In this document: one piece after another, positions 31,349 to 42,526 of the stretch
How positions within the stretch are numbered: the stretch's first letter is position 1
How the letters are laid out: each line of letters starts with the position of its first letter
The notes under the pieces: generated by a model
Databases searched by the model: none
Seen by the model: only the letters and a program-made list of their open reading frames with translations
Told to the model about the DNA's origin: nothing
NCBI GenBank assembly: GCA_052390235.1
Contig: JBQTHB010000005.1
Location: 467,440 to 531,439 of the forward strand
DNA length: 64,000 nucleotides
Origin: Deltaproteobacteria bacterium
GTDB taxonomy: Bacteria; Desulfobacterota_D; UBA1144; Nemesobacterales; CSP1-2
Direction: 5' to 3'
Program-made: the position numbers and the translations under genes

Positions 31349-32269
31349 TTATTGTGCGAGCGCGCTCTTTCTACTTTTCCAGTACAACACAAACGCCGTA
31401 GCCACGAATACGGATGAAAAAGTGCCTACCAAAACCCCTACAATTAATGTGAACGCGAAGTCGTGTATTACGGGACCTCCTAGGAAAAACAGCGCGAGAA
31501 GCACTACGAAAACCGTGAAGACAGTCAAGACTGTTCTTGCTAGGGTTTGATTGACCGAGAGATTTATCAGTTCTTTGAATCCTAGCTCTGTGCCTCGCTT
31601 TAAATTCTCTCTGATTCTGTCGAAAATAATAATCGTGTCGTTTACCGAATATCCTATTATCGTCAAGAGCGCCGCCACTAGGGTGAGCGTAAACTCTTTA
31701 TCCATAAGCGAGATGGCTCCCACGGTGATAAAAACGTCATGAATAATTGCTACGACCGCTCCGAGGGCGAATTCAAACTCAAATCTAATCATCAGATAGA
31801 GCAGGATGCCGACACAGCCGAGGATTAGGGAAATTATCGCCTTCTTTATAAGCTCTGCTCCTACTTTGGGCCCAATATAATCAATTCTAAGCACGTTTGC
31901 TCCGCTGAACTGGGGCGAAGTTTGAATTATCCTGTCAATGCTGCTTTGAAAGTCTTGAATTTTATCGAAAGCCACGACTTCCGGTGAAAACCTGATGAGA
32001 TAGTCGTTCTCCTGCGCCAAGCCGAGTTGTTGAACCGAGTCCGCCGAAAAGCCAGAGGAGTCTAGCACACTCCTCACTTCGTCTGAATCAATATCTTTGG
32101 CAAATTTGATATGAACCTCGGTGCCTCCCACGAACTCTACTCCCCAATTCAATCCGCTGTGGAGAAAGAGCGAGACTACCCCTATTAGGATGAGTCCCCA
32201 GGATATGAAAACTGCCTTCTTCATCCTTGAGGTGAAATCAATATTCGTACCCGGTTTAATTAAATCCAA
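31349..32269 (-). CDS. secF: Protein translocase subunit SecF
   Basis: GVEFVGG, IGPKVG.EL, HD, GYSVNDTIIIFDRIRE. Confidence 0.97.
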   Translation of the reverse strand: MDLIKPGTNIDFTSRMKKAVFISWGLILIGVVSLFLHSGLNWGVEFVGGTEVHIKFAKDIDSDEVRSVLDSSGFSADSVQQLGLAQENDYLIRFSPEVVAFDKIQDFQSSIDRIIQTSPQFSGANVLRIDYIGPKVGAELIKKAIISLILGCVGILLYLMIRFEFEFALGAVVAIIHDVFITVGAISLMDKEFTLTLVAALLTIIGYSVNDTIIIFDRIRENLKRGTELGFKELINLSVNQTLARTVLTVFTVFVVLLALFFLGGPVIHDFAFTLIVGVLVGTFSSVFVATAFVLYWKSRKSALAQ

Positions 32270-32290
32270 CTTTGCAGTCCTCCGATTCTA

Positions 32291-33892
32291 TTAGATGCTG
32301 AGGGCGGTTACTTTCTTATCTCCGCCGTATATGTAGTCGGAAATTACGCGCGCCACTACGACGTTGCTGAAAACCGTTGACACAATCCCGATGCACAGCG
32401 TTGCGGCAAATCCCTTTATTGGCCCTGTGCCAAACCAAAAGAGTATCAGCCCCGTGAGAAGCGTCGTCAGATTGGCGTCAAACACTGTCCAAAAAGACCT
32501 CTGATAGCCGGCTTCGATTGCGCCGAGCGGGGTTCTCCCCCCTCGAAGCTCCTCTTTAATCCTCTCGAATATAATAATATTGCCGTCCAGAGCCATGCCC
32601 ATCGTAAGCACAAGACCAGCGATTCCAGGGAGGGTCAGCGTAACCCCAAACGCAGATAGAAATCCCATGATGAAAAACATATTGAGCGCGAGCGCTATGT
32701 CCGCCACTGCGCCCTGAAGCCTGTAGAAGAAAATCATAAACACCACTACTGCAATCCCCCCTACAATCATTGACATCTTTCCCTTTTCAATCGAATCCCG
32801 CCCGAGTGAAGGCCCTACGGTTTGCTCCTGCTCCACATCAACAGGAACGGGAAGCGCCCCTGAGCGCAGAACCAGCCCCAAGTCCCTTGCCTCCTCTAGG
32901 CTAAAACTGCCGGTGATTCTCCCTTGGGATGAAATCCTCTCTTGTATGACCGGGGCAGATTTTATCACTCCATCCAGCACGATGGCAAGCCTCCTGCCCA
33001 CATTTTCTCCCGTAAGCTCGCCGAATCGGTTTGAGCCTTCTCCCTTAAAGCTGAATCCCACGGCGGGCCTGCCGTATTCATCAAACACGAGCCTCGCGTC
33101 GGACAGATACTGCCCTGTAACTTTGGCGTCTCGCTCGGTTACAAAGAATTTCTCGTTCTCCTGTCCGGTGTCGCCGGGGTGGAGCGATGCTCCCTGGGCC
33201 TGAAGCTCTGCGGGGGATGAAACGCCGTATTTAGCTAGGATGGTCTCTTGAGTGGGGGCGGCGTCTTTGACGATTTTAAACTCAAGCACAGCGGCGCGCC
33301 TTATGATATTGATTATTCTCTCTCTGTCGGCGGCTCCGGCTCCGGGAACTTGTATGAGAATTCTATCGCTACCCGTGCTTTGAATCGTAGGCTCGACGAG
33401 CCCGAATTCGTCCACGCGGTTTGTTATGGTCTCCTGCACCTGGTCAATGGCTCTTTTCTGAAGCTCGGCAATGTATCCGCCTTTAAGGGTGAATGCAATG
33501 GATAGCTCGTCTTCGGATATGGCGGCGATGTCTCTGTAGTTCTCGGCCGCGGCTTTTGCTTTTTCCATGTCGGATGCAGAGAAGAGATTTACATTAAGGG
33601 TACTGCCCACTGTGGTTATATCTTTAATTAGAACCCCGCCCTTGCCGAGTTCCTCCCTGATTAAATTATCCAGATTCGCGAGTTCATGCTCTATGGCTTT
33701 TCCAGACTCAACGCCGAGAACGAGAAAAACCCCTCCCTTTAAGTCGAGTCCGAGGCTTATTCCCTTGGCAGGAAATATTTTAGACCACCAAGACGGGAGC
33801 CTGTCTCCGAGGATTGTGGGCACCAGAAAAATCAGCGAAAGAAACGCCACAACCAATATCACGCTTACCCATGCTTTGGATACCCTTCTCAT
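32291..33892 (-). CDS. secD: Protein translocase subunit SecD
   Basis: LGLDLKGG, LRSGALP, VGPSLG, TLPGIAG, FERIKEE. Confidence 0.97.
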   Translation of the reverse strand: MRRVSKAWVSVILVVAFLSLIFLVPTILGDRLPSWWSKIFPAKGISLGLDLKGGVFLVLGVESGKAIEHELANLDNLIREELGKGGVLIKDITTVGSTLNVNLFSASDMEKAKAAAENYRDIAAISEDELSIAFTLKGGYIAELQKRAIDQVQETITNRVDEFGLVEPTIQSTGSDRILIQVPGAGAADRERIINIIRRAAVLEFKIVKDAAPTQETILAKYGVSSPAELQAQGASLHPGDTGQENEKFFVTERDAKVTGQYLSDARLVFDEYGRPAVGFSFKGEGSNRFGELTGENVGRRLAIVLDGVIKSAPVIQERISSQGRITGSFSLEEARDLGLVLRSGALPVPVDVEQEQTVGPSLGRDSIEKGKMSMIVGGIAVVVFMIFFYRLQGAVADIALALNMFFIMGFLSAFGVTLTLPGIAGLVLTMGMALDGNIIIFERIKEELRGGRTPLGAIEAGYQRSFWTVFDANLTTLLTGLILFWFGTGPIKGFAATLCIGIVSTVFSNVVVARVISDYIYGGDKKVTALSI

Positions 33893-34251
33893 TTTTCGGA
33901 TTTCTCCTTTTCATCTTCTATTTTGGCGATTCCCACGACGCCCGAGCGCGCTATGCGGACGGTTACGCCCTTGGCTATTTCAACGGACATGGCATCTCCG
34001 CTGATGTTTATGATGCGCCCGTATATGCCGCCGGAGGTAATGACGCTATCTCCGCGCTTGAGATTCTTGAGCATCTCCTCGCGTTCTTTGGATTGTTTCT
34101 GCTGGGGCCTGAGTATCAAGAAGTAAAACAGTACGAATATTAAAACTATCGGCGCGAGGGCTACTAGCGGCGAGCCCCCTCCGCCTTCTGCTCCCGAAGG
34201 GGGAACGCATCCTGCCGCAAGCGCGGTCATCATCATAATGAAATATCTCAA
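33889..34251 (-). CDS. yajC: Preprotein translocase subunit YajC (probable TTG start after GAGGAGG)
   Basis: FYFLILRPQQK, LKRGD.VITSGGIYG; tgt-yajC-secD-secF order. Confidence 0.93.
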   Translation of the reverse strand: MRYFIMMMTALAAGCVPPSGAEGGGGSPLVALAPIVLIFVLFYFLILRPQQKQSKEREEMLKNLKRGDSVITSGGIYGRIINISGDAMSVEIAKGVTVRIARSGVVGIAKIEDEKEKSEK

Positions 34252-34255
34252 TGTA

Positions 34256-35386
<1,131 letters not shown>

Positions 35387-35465
35387 TCAGGCTGACAAAA
35401 TCAGTTTATTAAAATACCCAAACTCTCGGCAAATGTGTTTTCCCGTCGCCGAAATACCCTTTGGC

Positions 35466-36248
35466 TTAAATTCCAAGTACGTCCTTCATCGTGTAAATTC
35501 CGGCGGGTTTTCCCACAACCCACTTCATAGCCCGAATCGCCCCGCTTGCAAAGTTGTCCCTCGTCGAGGCTCTGTGGGTGAGTTCGATTCTCTCCCCTCT
35601 GCCAAAGAAAAAAACTGTATGCTCGCCGACTACATCCCCTCCGCGAAGGGCTTGAATCCCGATTTCGCCGCTCCCTCTCTCGCCGATACGACCGTGCCTC
35701 GAATATACAGCCGCGTCCTTTAAATTTGTAGATAGAGCCTCGGCAATGACCTCGCCCAATTTCAGCGCCGTTCCGCTCGGAGAGTCAATTTTATGCCTGT
35801 GGTGCGTCTCCGCGATTTCTACGTCGAACCCATCTGCGAGTAGCAGGGCGATACTCCTTGCCGCTTCAAACATCACATTCACCCCAACGCTCGTATTTGG
35901 CGACAGCACGCAGGCAAACCCCTCGGCAAGGGATTTGAGCCTGGCGAGTTCATCCTCCCGAAATCCGGTGGTGCCAATGACCATAGCCCTCCCTGTTCGT
36001 GCGGCGAACTCGGCATTAATGAGGCTTGCGGCGGGGGTCGTGAAGTCAATTATCCCGTCGGCATCGGCGGCGGCGGCGTCTATAGAGCCACTCACGGGGA
36101 TTTTTCCCTCTGCGATGAATCTGCCTATGAGAGGGTGCCCCTCTCTCTCAAGCGCACCCGAAATCAGGACTCCATCCTCTTGCAGGAGCAGGGATATTAT
36201 TCTCTCTCCCATTCTCCCGCCCACTCCGGCGACTGCTATTTTAATCAT
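35466..36248 (-). CDS. dapB: 4-hydroxy-tetrahydrodipicolinate reductase (start at MIKIAV)
   Basis: GVGGRMG, IDFT, GTTG, ETHHRHKIDSPSGTA, GEHTV. Confidence 0.97.
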   Translation of the reverse strand: MIKIAVAGVGGRMGERIISLLLQEDGVLISGALEREGHPLIGRFIAEGKIPVSGSIDAAAADADGIIDFTTPAASLINAEFAARTGRAMVIGTTGFREDELARLKSLAEGFACVLSPNTSVGVNVMFEAARSIALLLADGFDVEIAETHHRHKIDSPSGTALKLGEVIAEALSTNLKDAAVYSRHGRIGERGSGEIGIQALRGGDVVGEHTVFFFGRGERIELTHRASTRDNFASGAIRAMKWVVGKPAGIYTMKDVLGI

Positions 36249-36763
36249 TGCGCTCCAGCGCCTTCGCCGGCAGGGACTCCGTCGGGCAATGCGCAATTCT
36301 TAATGCACGAGTCCCCGACGATTTTCCATCTCCCCTCGATGGCGTTCAGTTCGTACTGAACCTGCACGATTTTAGACGGCTCGGCGCCGGCGTCAATTGG
36401 GTTTTCAATGTTAAGCTCGACTACGATGTAGGACTGAGCGCCGAGGATTCTCACTCCGAGTATTTCATAGCTTTTGAGCGCCCAATTGTATTTTTTGACC
36501 AGAATCTGCTCCATGTTAATTCTGTAGCTTTCCCTATCGAGGTTTCCCGCGTAACCGGCGCTTATGAAGTCGTAAGCCTTGAGGAAATTCTTAACCCTCA
36601 GGGCGTCGAGGTAGCCCGATACGGATTTAGCCGGAGAGGTGCGCGGGGGCGGCGGGGGAGCGGTTCTCACTGCCGGCGAGTCAGTATTCGATGCGTTTTG
36701 CAGGGCGCAGCCAAAGAGCGTCGTTATGACAAAAATTAAGAGGGGCAGAGAAATTCTATTCAC
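36245..36763 (-). CDS. Hypothetical lipoprotein (NTF2-like fold probable)
   Basis: Lipobox LFGC; P..SV..YLDAL....F.KAY..IS and EGRWKI pattern. Confidence 0.7.
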   Translation of the reverse strand: MNRISLPLLIFVITTLFGCALQNASNTDSPAVRTAPPPPPRTSPAKSVSGYLDALRVKNFLKAYDFISAGYAGNLDRESYRINMEQILVKKYNWALKSYEILGVRILGAQSYIVVELNIENPIDAGAEPSKIVQVQYELNAIEGRWKIVGDSCIKNCALPDGVPAGEGAGAQ

Positions 36764-36937
36764 TATTGCGCTATGTCCTTCAATTTCAAAAAGCTAGGCA
36801 ATAGGATAAGCCAAAATACTGAAAATTCAAGAAAATTAGGAATTTAAGGCGGATTCTCGCCGGTACTGCCATCATGCGGCTGCCGAGCTATTCGGGGCGA
36901 ATGATTAGGCATGGGAAATCTCAAATGTTCTCGCGGA

Positions 36938-37786
36938 TTACTTTCCGCTCTGCAACTTTTTTCGGAGCGTCCTTGTGGCGTGATTGATTATCCATGCGGT
37001 CTCTTTCGTCGCCGATTCCCCGGCCCATCGCTGGCAGGTGGATTCTACCCAATCGGCTCTAGTTTTGGATGCGTCGTTTAGCCAATTTGCAACCGAGCGC
37101 GCCACGTACCTGCTCGAATCCGAGCGCACACACTCCAGGAGTGTCCCTGCAAGATACGGCTCTTTTTTGAGCGCCTCGATGTGTCTGCACCAAACCCCGC
37201 GTGGGCGCGTCGCCTCAACGGCGCACCGGCGAATATTCTCATCATCGTCCACGCCCCACTCCCGGAGAAGCGCCACTCCCTCGTCGAGATTCTCGGCAAC
37301 GTATCCGCGAAACGAATCCCATGCGCACTCACGAACCGCCATGTGCTGGTCTGCGGCGAATCTGCGTGACATCCGTAAACGCTCCGCCAGATGGATTTCC
37401 CTGTCCGACGAGAGGACATACGCCGCCCAAGCCCTGACCATATCGGATTTGTGCGACGCCAGAGCCTGCCAAATTTCACCCCGCTGCTGTGGATTTCGGA
37501 GCAGAATTTCAAACAGGGCGTTCGCAATTTTTTTAAGCCGCGCCGTTACGCCCTCGCCCCTTACGCTCCTCGCAAAATCCGCCGCCCTCCCGATGTCAGC
37601 GTCCGAAAACCCGGCTTGGGGCAGGGCGTTTTCAATTAGAGTCGGCATATCAATCGCGAGCCACTCGACAAGCGTTACTGTCTCCTCTCGCCCTTCGCTA
37701 AGCGCCCTCAGTACCTCCGGCGGGATGTCGGACATCCTAGCCGCCCCCTTTCGCCTCTTTTGCCCTCTGCCCTCTGCCTCGCTCAT
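36938..37786 (-). CDS. HEAT-repeat DNA alkylation repair protein (AlkC/AlkD-like)
   Basis: TLVEWLAID, AAD.H..VRE.AW, NIRR.A.E.TRPRGVW, YV..SVANWLNDASK. Confidence 0.85.
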   Translation of the reverse strand: MSEAEGRGQKRRKGAARMSDIPPEVLRALSEGREETVTLVEWLAIDMPTLIENALPQAGFSDADIGRAADFARSVRGEGVTARLKKIANALFEILLRNPQQRGEIWQALASHKSDMVRAWAAYVLSSDREIHLAERLRMSRRFAADQHMAVRECAWDSFRGYVAENLDEGVALLREWGVDDDENIRRCAVEATRPRGVWCRHIEALKKEPYLAGTLLECVRSDSSRYVARSVANWLNDASKTRADWVESTCQRWAGESATKETAWIINHATRTLRKKLQSGK

Positions 37787-37855
37787 GGAATAATTCTACT
37801 CCATCCCCGCCGGTTTTGGCAATCCGCCCTTTGTGGGTTATAATCAAAATCCGTC

Positions 37856-38875
37856 ATGAATATTGAACTTTTAAAGCTCCTATGCGAGACCGCGGGGCTT
37901 CCCGGCGCCGAAGAGCCGATTCGCGAAATCGTCCTCTCGTCCCTCCGCGAATTTACCGATGAGATTTCCTGTGACCGCCTCGGAAACGTCGTCGCCCATA
38001 TTGCGGGCAAGGGCCCAAGGCTGGTTTTGGACGCTCACATGGACGAAGTCGGCTTCATGGTGAGCCACGTGGATGCAAGAGGGTTTGTGCGTGTGATACC
38101 GCTTGGGGGAATTGATGCGAGGGTATTCTACGGGCAGAGGTTAGTGGTGTGGGGAGGGAGGCCCCTTATCGGGATGGTTGCCGCCCTTCCGCCTCATATA
38201 AGTAAATCGTCCGGCGAAAGGGACGCTCCCGATGTGGAGGACTGCCTAATTGACCTTGGGCTTTCGGGCGATACGGTTCATGGGCTGGTCAAAGCGGGCG
38301 ATGTGGTCTCCTACTTCTCTCCCTTTGTCGAGACTGAAGAGGCTATAATATCCAAAGCCATTGACGATAGGGTGGGGCTCTTCGTAATGCTCGAAGCGCT
38401 CAGGCGAAAATCCGCTTTGGGGTGCGATTTATATGTTACGGCTACGGTTCAGGAGGAAATGGGGCTGAGGGGGGCAAATGTTATCGTCCCCGCTCTGGAG
38501 CCGGATTTTGCGGTGGTTCTCGAAGGCACGGTATCAAATGACCTTCCAGGGGTTGCCGACCACAAAACGTTGGCCAAAACGGGCAGAGGCCCTGAGATTA
38601 GGCTCTCGGATAAGTATCTTCTCGCCGACCGCGCTCTGAGTTTTTATATGATGAAATTAGCCGAGGCGCGGGGGATTCCCTATCAGGTTACGGTTAAAAA
38701 AGCGGGAAGCACCAACGCCACCGCCATGCAGGTTACGGGCAGGGGAACGAGAGTCGGCGCGGTGTCGGTGCCAGTGCGCTATCTCCATAGCCCAAGCTCA
38801 GTTGCCTATAAATCTGACATTGAAGAGACGATAAAACTCGTTGTTGCTATCTTAGAAGAGTTAAAAAATATATAA
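37856..38875 (+). CDS. M42-family aminopeptidase
   Basis: AHMDEVG, GGID, KAIDDR, VQEE.GLRG, RYLHS. Confidence 0.92.
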   Translation: MNIELLKLLCETAGLPGAEEPIREIVLSSLREFTDEISCDRLGNVVAHIAGKGPRLVLDAHMDEVGFMVSHVDARGFVRVIPLGGIDARVFYGQRLVVWGGRPLIGMVAALPPHISKSSGERDAPDVEDCLIDLGLSGDTVHGLVKAGDVVSYFSPFVETEEAIISKAIDDRVGLFVMLEALRRKSALGCDLYVTATVQEEMGLRGANVIVPALEPDFAVVLEGTVSNDLPGVADHKTLAKTGRGPEIRLSDKYLLADRALSFYMMKLAEARGIPYQVTVKKAGSTNATAMQVTGRGTRVGAVSVPVRYLHSPSSVAYKSDIEETIKLVVAILEELKNI

Positions 38876-39033
38876 ATCCAACTCGGTTTGCGCCGGAGAG
38901 ACTGAAGCGGGGGGCGGCGCAATATGCCCCCCACTCAAATTTTCACAGCAGAGCCGATATACCCAATACTCTAAGCTCAAAACTGCCTCCCATTCTCCAT
39001 CGTCCTCTATGTGTTTGAGCTTGAAGCGCGTGT

Positions 39034-39441
39034 TTATATCACCTTTTTGTTCAAAATCGCGCCGTGAAGCGACCTTAAAAGCAAAAACAGCACGAGATAA
39101 ATTGACGTTGCAAAGAACGTTACCGAGCAAGAGTTATCCGGGTTAACCGAGCCGGACTGCCATATATCGAATATGATTGAAATGGCGAGGCTTAAAATAA
39201 CTCCGAAGTTAAGCACTGATAAATAGCTCTGCGTGGTCAGGCCGTCGTAGTCCGCTGGCTCATCCTTGGACAGCTTTGATTCAATCGTCCAGGCGGCAAG
39301 CAGAATCCCAAGGAATATGAGCTTAAATCCAGCCGATGCAGGCGTTGCGCTCGCTCCGAGGTAGTGAGCGGTCATGAAACCCAGAATCAGCATAAACACT
39401 ACCCAAACGACTCCCATCAGAAGACCTTCTCTTGAAACCAT
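39034..39441 (-). CDS. Hypothetical membrane protein (~4 TM)
   Basis: GGAGGAGG SD before ATG, four hydrophobic segments. Confidence 0.7.
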   Translation of the reverse strand: MVSREGLLMGVVWVVFMLILGFMTAHYLGASATPASAGFKLIFLGILLAAWTIESKLSKDEPADYDGLTTQSYLSVLNFGVILSLAISIIFDIWQSGSVNPDNSCSVTFFATSIYLVLFLLLRSLHGAILNKKVI

Positions 39442-39608
39442 TTGAATTTCTCCTCCTCCAAGATTTTTAGCGTCATTCTATCATAACTCCGTTAGCATAT
39501 TCAACAGGTTTTTTTTCATTCTGCGAAATTAATTCGGATACCCCGAACCCCCATCCAAGTTGCCGGAAATTCGGTCGCCGCCGCCGCTTGTGGTATTATT
39601 AGCCCGCT

Positions 39609-39950
39609 ATGGACATTCGCCCCCTGCTTGAGGTTTTCGATAAAGCCCTGTACTCATCAAACGGCTTCCCCCTCGCCAAGGCTGAGGAGATTCTCCGGGC
39701 GTCTCTCAATGAGCGCGGGCGTTTCGACCCTCAGGACGAGGCGCTGATAGAAGCCATTTTAAGGGACGGCGACAGGCTCTTTGAGAAGTCCTTCGCCGAG
39801 AGCGTTGAGGGCTATAAATCCGGCTTGCCTCTGGGCGAGGTATTCGGGGCTGATGAGTCTCACGCCGCCGATGCGGTTCGGATTTTCATAGGAATTTTGG
39901 AGAATCTCATCAATTACTACTACAGCGCCATGATTCGCGGGCAGCTCTAA
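39609..39950 (+). CDS. Hypothetical protein
   Basis: 113 aa acidic helical ORF filling the gap, TGnTATTAT just upstream. Confidence 0.65.
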   Translation: MDIRPLLEVFDKALYSSNGFPLAKAEEILRASLNERGRFDPQDEALIEAILRDGDRLFEKSFAESVEGYKSGLPLGEVFGADESHAADAVRIFIGILENLINYYYSAMIRGQL

Positions 39951-40031
39951 TGAAAAATGGGCTCAAAACCCGCCGTCGGATATTGAACCCACTCTCAATT
40001 TCAACCCTTAATTTTTACCTTTATGAGTTTC

Positions 40032-41318
40032 TTATCTCTCTTCCATAGGCACGTAACTGCGCACTCCCTCGCCGAGATAGACTTGGCGCGGGCGGGCGAT
40101 TTTCCTCTCAGGGTCTTCAAGCATCTCTTTCCACTGAGCCAGCCAGCCGGATGTGCGCGCGATGGCGAAAAGCACGGTAAATATGCTCTTAGGCAGTTTC
40201 ATGCTCTCATAAATCAGCCCGGAATAGAAGTCCACGTTCGGGTACAGCTTGCGTTTAACGAAATAATCGTCCTCAAGGGCGATTCTCTCAAGTTCAAGCG
40301 CAATATCGAGGAGCGGGTTTTTGCCGGTAACCTCGAAAACCTCGTGTGCGATTCTCTTGATTATCTTCGCCCTCGGATCATAGGACTTATAGACGCGGTG
40401 TCCGAAACCCATGAGCCTGAACTCTCCGGCTTTGGCGCGCTTTATGTACTGGGGGATATTATTGACCGAGCCGATTTCCTGAAGCATATCAAGCACCTCT
40501 TCGTTCGCTCCTCCGTGAAGGGGCCCGTAGAGGGCGGCAATTGCGGCGGCGGCGGCGGAGTAGGGGTCTGGCAGAGAGCTTCCGGCGCCCCTCATGGTGC
40601 TGGTGCTACAGTTCTGCTCGTGGTCGGCGTGGAGGATAAATAGCACGTCCATAGCCTTCTCAATTGCCGGATGCGGTTTGTATTTAAGCTCCGTCATTTT
40701 GAACATCATATTGAGGAAATTCCCGGCGTAGCTAAGGTCGTTATCGGGATAGACATACGGAAGCCCCATGGAGTGGCGGTAGGAAAACGCGGCGAGCGTG
40801 GGGATTTTCGATATCAGGCGGTTGATTTGAATCTCTCTGACCTGTGGGTTAAAAATGTCTTTGGCTTCCGGGTAGAAGGTGGACAGGGCGGCTACGGTGC
40901 TGAGGAGCATTCCCATTGGGTGGGCGTCGTGGCGAAATCCGTCCATGAATTTTTTGACGCTCTCATGGATAAATGTGTGATAGGTTATGTCGTGATCCCA
41001 TTTCTCTTGCTGCTCTTTTGTGGGAAGCTCTCCGTTGAGGAGCAGGTACGCGACCTCAAGGTAATTGCTCTTTTCGGCAAGCTCTTCTATTGGGTATCCG
41101 CGGTACAGGAGGATTCCGTTGTCTCCGTCAATGTATGTTACTCGGCTCGTGCAGGAAGCCGTGTTGCTATATGCCGGATCGTAGCTCATAAGACCGAAAT
41201 CCTCAGGTTTGACCCTGATTTGGCGCAAATCCATCGCGTTGATGGTTTCATTCTTTATAGGGATTTCGTAGTCCTTTCCGGTCCTATTGTCCGTAATTGT
41301 TAATGTGTCCTTCGGCAT
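40032..41318 (-). CDS. gltA: Citrate synthase
   Basis: YRGYPIE, HPM, HADHEQNCST, GPLHGGANE, GFGHRVY, YPNVDFYSG. Confidence 0.98.
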   Translation of the reverse strand: MPKDTLTITDNRTGKDYEIPIKNETINAMDLRQIRVKPEDFGLMSYDPAYSNTASCTSRVTYIDGDNGILLYRGYPIEELAEKSNYLEVAYLLLNGELPTKEQQEKWDHDITYHTFIHESVKKFMDGFRHDAHPMGMLLSTVAALSTFYPEAKDIFNPQVREIQINRLISKIPTLAAFSYRHSMGLPYVYPDNDLSYAGNFLNMMFKMTELKYKPHPAIEKAMDVLFILHADHEQNCSTSTMRGAGSSLPDPYSAAAAAIAALYGPLHGGANEEVLDMLQEIGSVNNIPQYIKRAKAGEFRLMGFGHRVYKSYDPRAKIIKRIAHEVFEVTGKNPLLDIALELERIALEDDYFVKRKLYPNVDFYSGLIYESMKLPKSIFTVLFAIARTSGWLAQWKEMLEDPERKIARPRQVYLGEGVRSYVPMEER

Positions 41319-41549
41319 AACTTACCTCCTTGAACTTTTTGGTTTAGGATACTTTGATAATGGATTCCGACTCTCGCCCGTTTAGAGCAGTGAAGACAAT
41401 ACCCAAACTTCCGAATTTTTCAAATTTGAGGGCGAAATCCCCGCAGTTGCGGTTTTCAGATGCGCAGATTCCCTTGGCGGATGGGGATTGAATCCTTCCA
41501 GAGAATGATTCATCCTATTCCGTAATGAATTTCTATTCTGGAGGAAGTC

Positions 41550-42392
41550 ATGAAAAAGTATGCAATCCTATCCTTAATGTTGTTCTCTGTTGCCATTGGA
41601 TTTGTCCCTTCTGCCGCCCGCGCTGCCTCATTTGACCATTCCCATTCGGTTTACGACGCCCTGTTGAAGCGCCACGTCCGAGCTGGCAGGGTTGACTACA
41701 GGGGATTTCTCGCCTCCGGGGATGAGTTCGCCAAATACCTCGCCGCTCTCGGCTCGGCGTCCGAGGCGGATTTAAAAACGTGGTCGCGGGAGCAGAAACT
41801 CGCCTTTTGGATAAACTCCTACAACGCCTTCACGCTCAAAGCCATCCTAGACAACTACCCCATCAAGGGAAGCTCCTTCAGCATTTACCCCAAAAATAGC
41901 ATCCGCCAAATCAGCGGCGTGTGGGATAAACTGAAGTTTCAAGCCGCCGGCCGAATGATTACGCTCGAAGGCATAGAACACGGTATTCTGAGAAAAGATT
42001 TCGGGGAGCCGAGAATCCATTTTGCCATCGTATGCGCTTCAATTGGATGCCCGGATTTAAGAGCAGAGGCTTATCGCGCTGATATTCTCGATAAACAGCT
42101 GGAGAGCGCGGGCGCCGGGTTTATCGGTAGCTCGCAAAAAGGGGTGAAAATTTCGGCGGCGGATAAGTCCGTGAAGGTGTCGAAAATATTTAGCTGGTTC
42201 GCCGAGGATTTTAAAGCCTCCGCAGACGCCTCGGAGCTGTTTAAAAATAGGGATACAGCAGAAAGGGGGGTGCTAAATTTCATAAGCAAGTATCTGCGCT
42301 CGGAGGGCGACAGGGCATTTTTCGACGCGGGCGACTTCAAACTCTCCTACCTCAGCTACGATTGGACTCTGAACGAGCAGAAGACAAAGTAG
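41550..42392 (+). CDS. DUF547-domain secreted protein
   Basis: Signal peptide, VDY, LAFWINSYNA, IEH.ILR, PRIHFAIVCASIGCP, YDWTLN. Confidence 0.9.
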   Translation: MKKYAILSLMLFSVAIGFVPSAARAASFDHSHSVYDALLKRHVRAGRVDYRGFLASGDEFAKYLAALGSASEADLKTWSREQKLAFWINSYNAFTLKAILDNYPIKGSSFSIYPKNSIRQISGVWDKLKFQAAGRMITLEGIEHGILRKDFGEPRIHFAIVCASIGCPDLRAEAYRADILDKQLESAGAGFIGSSQKGVKISAADKSVKVSKIFSWFAEDFKASADASELFKNRDTAERGVLNFISKYLRSEGDRAFFDAGDFKLSYLSYDWTLNEQKTK

Positions 42393-42526
42393 GACGGGTT
42401 TTATTTAGTTGAGAATATATCTCGTCCTCTGATAAATTCGGCATGAACGAGAGGGTAGGGTAGGAGTAGGGCTTACCGCTCAATCAGAGGAGAGAGCCTG
42501 GTATTCTCTCTCCCCCGCGATTTAAA

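Noticed and set aside
36984..37793. Long antisense ORFs (e.g. 36984..37793, 40023..40643, 53049..53846)
   Set aside because: Shadows of well-conserved genes on the opposite strand, with no motifs or RBS
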